A stretch of DNA of 32,000 nt from assembly GCA_001897305.1 (NCBI GenBank), contig MKSO01000001.1:450001-482000 (forward strand). The letters run 5' to 3'. Under the pieces are notes generated by a model. The model was not told where the DNA came from. It saw only the letters and a list, made by a program, of their open reading frames with translations, and made no database searches. This document shows, piece by piece, positions 27,902-32,000 of the stretch. Origin of the DNA: Candidatus Saccharimonadota bacterium. GTDB lineage: Bacteria; Patescibacteriota; Saccharimonadia; Saccharimonadales; Saccharimonadaceae. Position 1 is the stretch's first letter, and every line of letters begins with the position of its first letter. A program made the position numbers and the translations under genes.

Positions 27902-30431
27902 CCCCTTTATTATCGTTGCGTTGTGTATACTATTTGGCACTACTATTTTTTGGTCAATTCAAGCAGCTCTTATATATCAGTATAATGCCGACCAGATAGC
28001 CGACACTTACCTATTTACTTCGCTTGACACTTTTACACACAGCCTCTTCCCAGCGCAGCACTCCTTTCTCGTCAAGTGGCCCCTATTCCTCGCAGTAGCC
28101 CTTTTTCATAACTCACCTTACGCGCTCATTGCTATGACCGTCATCACTTCACTTATTACAGTGGCCGCCTTAGCCGTTCTTTTGGCGAAAATCGAGAAAA
28201 GGCCGGCTATACTTGCATTACTGTATGTAGCATTAAGCTCCGTGCTCTTAGGTACTGCCATGGAGCCAAGTCCGGGCAGCCTACTTCCTGTTGGAATTGG
28301 CATGCTGGCAACCCGTAACATCGAGTACATCATCTTCCTTATTGCTACCCTGTTAATTATTAAAGGTTCGTTAGTTGTAAAGAAGCAGAAGCTCACTTAT
28401 ACCATGGGTGGTTTCGGGCTGTTGCTGTTACTCATTTTGAGTGATCAACTATTTGTACCGATCGCTATTGGTGGAGCAATTTTGCTTGGGCTATTTAGCA
28501 TCATCGTAAAACATACTATTGTACGTAAAATCGCCCTGCAACTGCTCCTTGTCTCATTAGGGGCGTTTGTGGCCGCTTTCGCTATAAGCGCGCTATTTCA
28601 ATATATAGGGCTTTTCGTTGCCGCATCGGGCGCAGGTGGAAGCCCTTACAGTCTTGTCACCTCACCTAAAGAGCTCGTTATAGCGGTCATTTATGGCATT
28701 CTTGGTATTTTATCCGTATTCGGCGCCAACCCAGTAGTGGGTACTCTGTCTGCCTCACACCTACCAGGTGCCCTTATTCATAGCTTTCAGTCCATATCAA
28801 TCCTTACTACCGCTGTTAATGTAGTCCTGTTTTGCATAGTTCTATGGGGAGCCTGGTATATTGTAAGCCTGCTTGGCAAAAAACCTAAGCCTAAGAAAAA
28901 GAAGCGGCCAGCTTCAATTTGGTATATATACAGCGCCTACTTAGCAGCTTGCTGTATCGTGACACTTTTCATTTTTTTGGGCACAAAACACTATCACCCT
29001 GTTGACGCTCGCTACCTTTCACTGTTCTTCTTCGCTGGGTTTGTCATCCTGGCTGTCTTTGTGTCAAGTAAGAAGTTCTCGAAGCGTTTTATGGCTATTG
29101 CGGCCGCTGTACTAACAGTGAGCTGTATTGTCGGTATGGTTAGTTTTTCATGGTCATATGCCGCCTCAAAACAGGCCTATGCCTCTATAAAAAGTGAGAA
29201 TGAGCTCATCCAATCAGCTCTGCGTCATCACCAAGTACGAACATTTGCGGCTGATTATTGGCGCGTCTACCCAATCATACAGGGGCTCTCCTCGCAACCG
29301 TCCTCGACTACAAAACCGCTCCCCATGGATACCTGTACGCAGCCACGAAACGTTTTAACAAGTACCGTCTGGCAAAAAGACGCTTTTACCCAAAGCTTTG
29401 CTTATCTTTTGACAACCGAACAAACGGGGACCGGATTTCCTGCTTGCTCCCTTACGAGCATAAAGTCTACTTGGGGCTCACCAAGCGACTCGTTGGTTAT
29501 TAGCGGTACGGCAGAAAAGCCGAAAACACTCCTTCTTTTTTACGATACCGGTAAAAATAACCATACCACCACACCTAAAAGCAATAACTCTGAAACATTG
29601 CTCAAAAGCTTTAGCTCATTAAAAGACGTATCGTGCCCCAGTGGCAATACCGTCGTTCAGACCATTGCCCATCAGGATGATGATATTCTCTTTATGAATC
29701 CCGACTTGCTCCACGGGACCCAGCACGGTGATTGTATTCGTACTGTTTACTTTACTGCGGGTGATGCCGGGATTGATCAGGCCTATTGGCTGGGGCGAGA
29801 AGAAGGATCGAAGGCCGCCTACGCAGCGCTGTTCGGCATCAAGCAACCAGAATGGCGTTCGCGTGATATCATTCTTGATTCCGGTCATCAAATAAAGGTA
29901 TCTCAGCTTTTATCCGTGCAGAACCGAGTTACGCTTATCTTCCTGCATCTTCCCGACGGCAATATAGATGGAAGCGGCTTTAAAACACACGATCATCAGA
30001 GTATAAGTAAGCTCGAAAACGGAACCATCACAACTATAAAAACGGTCGACAATACTTCTATCTACACAAAGCCAGGGTTAGAAGATGCCCTCGTCACTAT
30101 CCTGGACCATTACCATCCTTCTCTCGTTCGCACTCAAGCGCTCAATAACCATAGCGAAAAGTTCTCAGACCACAACGATCATATAGTCGTCGGTCGAGTA
30201 ACTGAACAAGCCTTCCAGCGCTACAAACAACAGCACGAAGAGAGCACCATTATTCATTACATTGGCTACCCCGTTAGAGAACAGCCGCAAAATGTCTCGG
30301 GTGAGGACCTGCGCATAAAAAGAAGTATGTTTTACGCCTTTGCCCTCCATGATGGCGCCACCTGTATCAGCGATGAGGCCTGTTTGCACACTGCCTATAC
30401 CTACTACCTGGACCGACAATACACCGAATAA
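27882..30431 (+). CDS. Fusion protein: ~13-TM GT-C-like membrane glycosyltransferase + soluble linker + C-terminal PIG-L/LmbE-family deacetylase
   Basis: 849 aa. Residues 1-425 carry ~13 hydrophobic helices, an acidic first loop (YNADQIADTYLFTSLD) and a KKPKPKKKKRP loop. Residues ~590-849 carry the PIG-L motifs VVQTIAHQDDDILFMNPD, VYFTAGDAG and SDHNDHIVVG. Confidence 0.75.
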   Translation: MKFLKFNPFIIVALCILFGTTIFWSIQAALIYQYNADQIADTYLFTSLDTFTHSLFPAQHSFLVKWPLFLAVALFHNSPYALIAMTVITSLITVAALAVLLAKIEKRPAILALLYVALSSVLLGTAMEPSPGSLLPVGIGMLATRNIEYIIFLIATLLIIKGSLVVKKQKLTYTMGGFGLLLLLILSDQLFVPIAIGGAILLGLFSIIVKHTIVRKIALQLLLVSLGAFVAAFAISALFQYIGLFVAASGAGGSPYSLVTSPKELVIAVIYGILGILSVFGANPVVGTLSASHLPGALIHSFQSISILTTAVNVVLFCIVLWGAWYIVSLLGKKPKPKKKKRPASIWYIYSAYLAACCIVTLFIFLGTKHYHPVDARYLSLFFFAGFVILAVFVSSKKFSKRFMAIAAAVLTVSCIVGMVSFSWSYAASKQAYASIKSENELIQSALRHHQVRTFAADYWRVYPIIQGLSSQPSSTTKPLPMDTCTQPRNVLTSTVWQKDAFTQSFAYLLTTEQTGTGFPACSLTSIKSTWGSPSDSLVISGTAEKPKTLLLFYDTGKNNHTTTPKSNNSETLLKSFSSLKDVSCPSGNTVVQTIAHQDDDILFMNPDLLHGTQHGDCIRTVYFTAGDAGIDQAYWLGREEGSKAAYAALFGIKQPEWRSRDIILDSGHQIKVSQLLSVQNRVTLIFLHLPDGNIDGSGFKTHDHQSISKLENGTITTIKTVDNTSIYTKPGLEDALVTILDHYHPSLVRTQALNNHSEKFSDHNDHIVVGRVTEQAFQRYKQQHEESTIIHYIGYPVREQPQNVSGEDLRIKRSMFYAFALHDGATCISDEACLHTAYTYYLDRQYTE
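29650..30428 (+). other. PIG-L/LmbE-type N-acetylglucosaminyl deacetylase domain of the 849-aa fusion protein
   Basis: AHQDDD (29667-29684) corresponds to the family AHPDDE metal/catalytic motif. HNDH corresponds to the HPDH motif. TAGDAG is also conserved in the family. Confidence 0.7.
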
Positions 30432-31553
30432 CTACACTTTATGAGCGTCGATGCCTATAGCATCCTCGATACTATCAAACCCGTCTCGGTCTAAAAGTTT
30501 TACTAAGCCTCTGTTAATACTTCCTACTAAACTAGGGCCCTCATAAATAAGTCCTGTCAAAAGGTCGACAAGGCTAGCGCCTAGCCGTATTTTCCGGTAA
30601 GCATCCTCGGCGGTAAATATTCCCCCGACACCTATAATAGTAAGCTTATCGCCATATTTTTGATACGTTTTAGCAATAAAGAGATCACTCGCCGCTTGTG
30701 TCGGTAGGCCACTAATACCCCCTTTTACGGATGATGAAACGGCAATGCCTTGACGGTTCTTGCGTAGATTAGATACGGTAACGCCTTGTACCGAATGACG
30801 AATAATGACATCAAGTAGGGAACAATACTTGCGCCACGGTACGTCACTCGGCATCTTTATATAAACTGGTTGCATAAGATTAAGTGCATCAATGGCACCT
30901 AGAAGAGCGTCGAGCCTTGCGGGCGTTGTGAATGGTTCGCCGCCATACGTATTAGGGCATGAAATATTAATTTCGAAGTTATCAGCATACAAACGAAGTG
31001 TTTTTAGGGTTTGAACGTAGTCGTCAATACCTTCCTTATCCGTACTTGTCTCTTGGCTGTTTGTCCGAGCAACGGAGATCGTAACAGGTACTCTTGCCTT
31101 GCTCTGACTACCCTTGGCGTCTCGCAATGACGCGGCGATTGCTTCACGTCCAGTATTTGCCAGCCCTACATGCACAACGATAGCTTTTTGTTCGGGGATT
31201 CGATGAAACCAAGGCTTCGGGTTGCCTTCACAAACTTTACTCGTAATTGACCCGACCGTAATATGTCCAAATCCAATCGCTTGCATAATAGGAATAAGTC
31301 GAGCATTCTTGTCAAAGCCAGCCGACAGACCAACTGGATTGTCATACTCTAAACCATGGATTGTTTGTGAAAGACGTGGGTTTTTATATGCCCATGAAAG
31401 TGAAGCAAGTTGCCGTAGCGGACGATGCTTGCCCACTTTAGATCCAAGCTCAACTGCTTTAGAGTGCACCACATCAGGCGACTGCGTAAACAGTAACGGT
31501 TTAATGACTCCGACATAGGTTTGGTGTGTAAATACTCTTACAATGTTTCCCAT
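30432..31553 (-). CDS. pyrD: Dihydroorotate dehydrogenase, class-2-like architecture
   Basis: 373 aa with N-terminal extension VIKPLLFTQSPDVVHSKAVELG (compare E. coli ALFQLDPERAHEFT). Other motifs are NPVGLSAGFDKN, the active-site loop NISCPNT, GGISGLP and IIGVGGI. Confidence 0.9.
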   Translation of the reverse strand: MGNIVRVFTHQTYVGVIKPLLFTQSPDVVHSKAVELGSKVGKHRPLRQLASLSWAYKNPRLSQTIHGLEYDNPVGLSAGFDKNARLIPIMQAIGFGHITVGSITSKVCEGNPKPWFHRIPEQKAIVVHVGLANTGREAIAASLRDAKGSQSKARVPVTISVARTNSQETSTDKEGIDDYVQTLKTLRLYADNFEINISCPNTYGGEPFTTPARLDALLGAIDALNLMQPVYIKMPSDVPWRKYCSLLDVIIRHSVQGVTVSNLRKNRQGIAVSSSVKGGISGLPTQAASDLFIAKTYQKYGDKLTIIGVGGIFTAEDAYRKIRLGASLVDLLTGLIYEGPSLVGSINRGLVKLLDRDGFDSIEDAIGIDAHKV

Positions 31554-31590
31554 ACTCAGCTCAGTGTATCCTCAAAATGACAATAAATAT

Positions 31591-31604
31591 GTGATCTATA
31601 TCAC
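31591..31604. promoter_or_regulatory. Inverted repeat GTGAT-ctat-ATCAC in the pyrD/ackA divergent intergenic region (candidate operator)
   Basis: Perfect 5-bp arms with a 4-nt spacer. It sits where a -35 element would be, relative to the -10 at 31626-31631. Confidence 0.25.
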
Positions 31605-31622
31605 AGAACACCAAACCGCTTC

Positions 31623-31631
31623 TGCTATAAT
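31623..31631 (+). promoter_or_regulatory. Consensus extended -10 TGCTATAAT, 6 nt upstream of the acetate kinase GTG
   Basis: TGnTATAAT is perfect, followed by aacggg and then GTG at 31638. The predicted TSS coincides with the start codon, so the mRNA would be leaderless. Confidence 0.45.
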
Positions 31632-31637
31632 AACGGG

Positions 31638-32000
31638 GTGATTGAGACGGACTATATACTGAGTATTAATGCTGGATCATCGAGCCTAAAAGTCTCGGTC
31701 GCTCCTTTTATTACGGACACAGACAACAGTGATACAGAGTTGCATTCAGTGACAGTTCCTACGTCAGGTAATTATACCGAGGCACTCGCCCAAGCCGTTT
31801 CTCAATTATCCTTACAAATACCAACCTTCTCCTTGCACAAAGTAAAAGGTATCGGACACCGCATCGTTCATGGCGGCACACAGCAACAGACTGCTCATAT
31901 TATTGATGAAGAGATTATGGCCGATATGCAGCGTTTCGCTCGATTCGACCCAGAACATGCACCCGCAGCTCTAAGTATCATAGCGGTTCTTAAAGAGCGC
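31638..32000 (+). CDS. ackA: Acetate (acetate/propionate) kinase, N-terminal 121 codons (continues beyond the window end)
   Basis: Missing from the ORF track because there is no stop in the window. My translation: (V/M)IETDYILSINAGSSSLKVSVAPF...KGIGHRIVHGGTQQQ...RFDPEHAPAAL. The N.GSSSLK and GHRIVHGG motifs are the acetate kinase signatures. The frame is open to base 32000. Confidence 0.85.
   Translation, partial: MIETDYILSINAGSSSLKVSVAPFITDTDNSDTELHSVTVPTSGNYTEALAQAVSQLSLQIPTFSLHKVKGIGHRIVHGGTQQQTAHIIDEEIMADMQRFARFDPEHAPAALSIIAVLKER

Overview
About 97% of the window is coding, with standard genetic code and tightly packed or overlapping genes. I found no rRNA, tRNA, CRISPR, transposase, integrase or recognisable defence genes. 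The gene content suggests a small-genome, single-membrane bacterium, possibly CPR/Patescibacteria such as Saccharibacteria; this is inference only.

Layout:
- (1) 1-3463, minus strand: a sensor histidine kinase truncated by the window edge (absent from the ORF track), a YgjP/M48-like HExxH hydrolase, a P-loop kinase, and a Pro/Thr/Ser/Ala/Glu-rich single-pass membrane protein.
- (2) 3563-26405, minus strand: an uninterrupted 22.8 kb train of 11 genes. In order: membrane-anchored TPR protein, 2566-aa NHL/Ig-like surface protein, 2426-aa Kelch-like/FN3 surface protein, ABC ATPase, FtsX/MacB-type permease, then atpF-atpH-atpA-atpG-atpD-atpC. All gaps are <=29 nt or the genes overlap.
- (3) 26539-30431, plus strand, divergent from (2): a GtrB-like GT2, a GtrA-like protein, and a polytopic GT-C-like protein fused to a PIG-L/LmbE deacetylase.
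- (4) pyrD on the minus strand, then the 5' part of an acetate kinase on the plus strand, also absent from the ORF track.

Most interesting:
- The two giant surface proteins and the MacB-type ABC transporter sit where atpB/atpE normally precede atpF, and neither atpB nor atpE is in the window.
- The 2566-aa protein ends in a two-helix hairpin that resembles an ATP synthase c subunit (Gly/Ala-rich helix, RNP loop, same length after the loop) but has no carboxylate.
- The ATP synthase looks stripped of regulatory features: the alpha Walker A is GEKNSGQS instead of GDRQTGKT, and epsilon lacks its C-terminal domain.
- The glycosylation module carries an unusual GT-C::PIG-L fusion.
- Several promoters look like extended -10 elements 6-7 nt from the start codon, implying leaderless mRNAs.

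All family assignments come from motifs read by eye; no database search was run.
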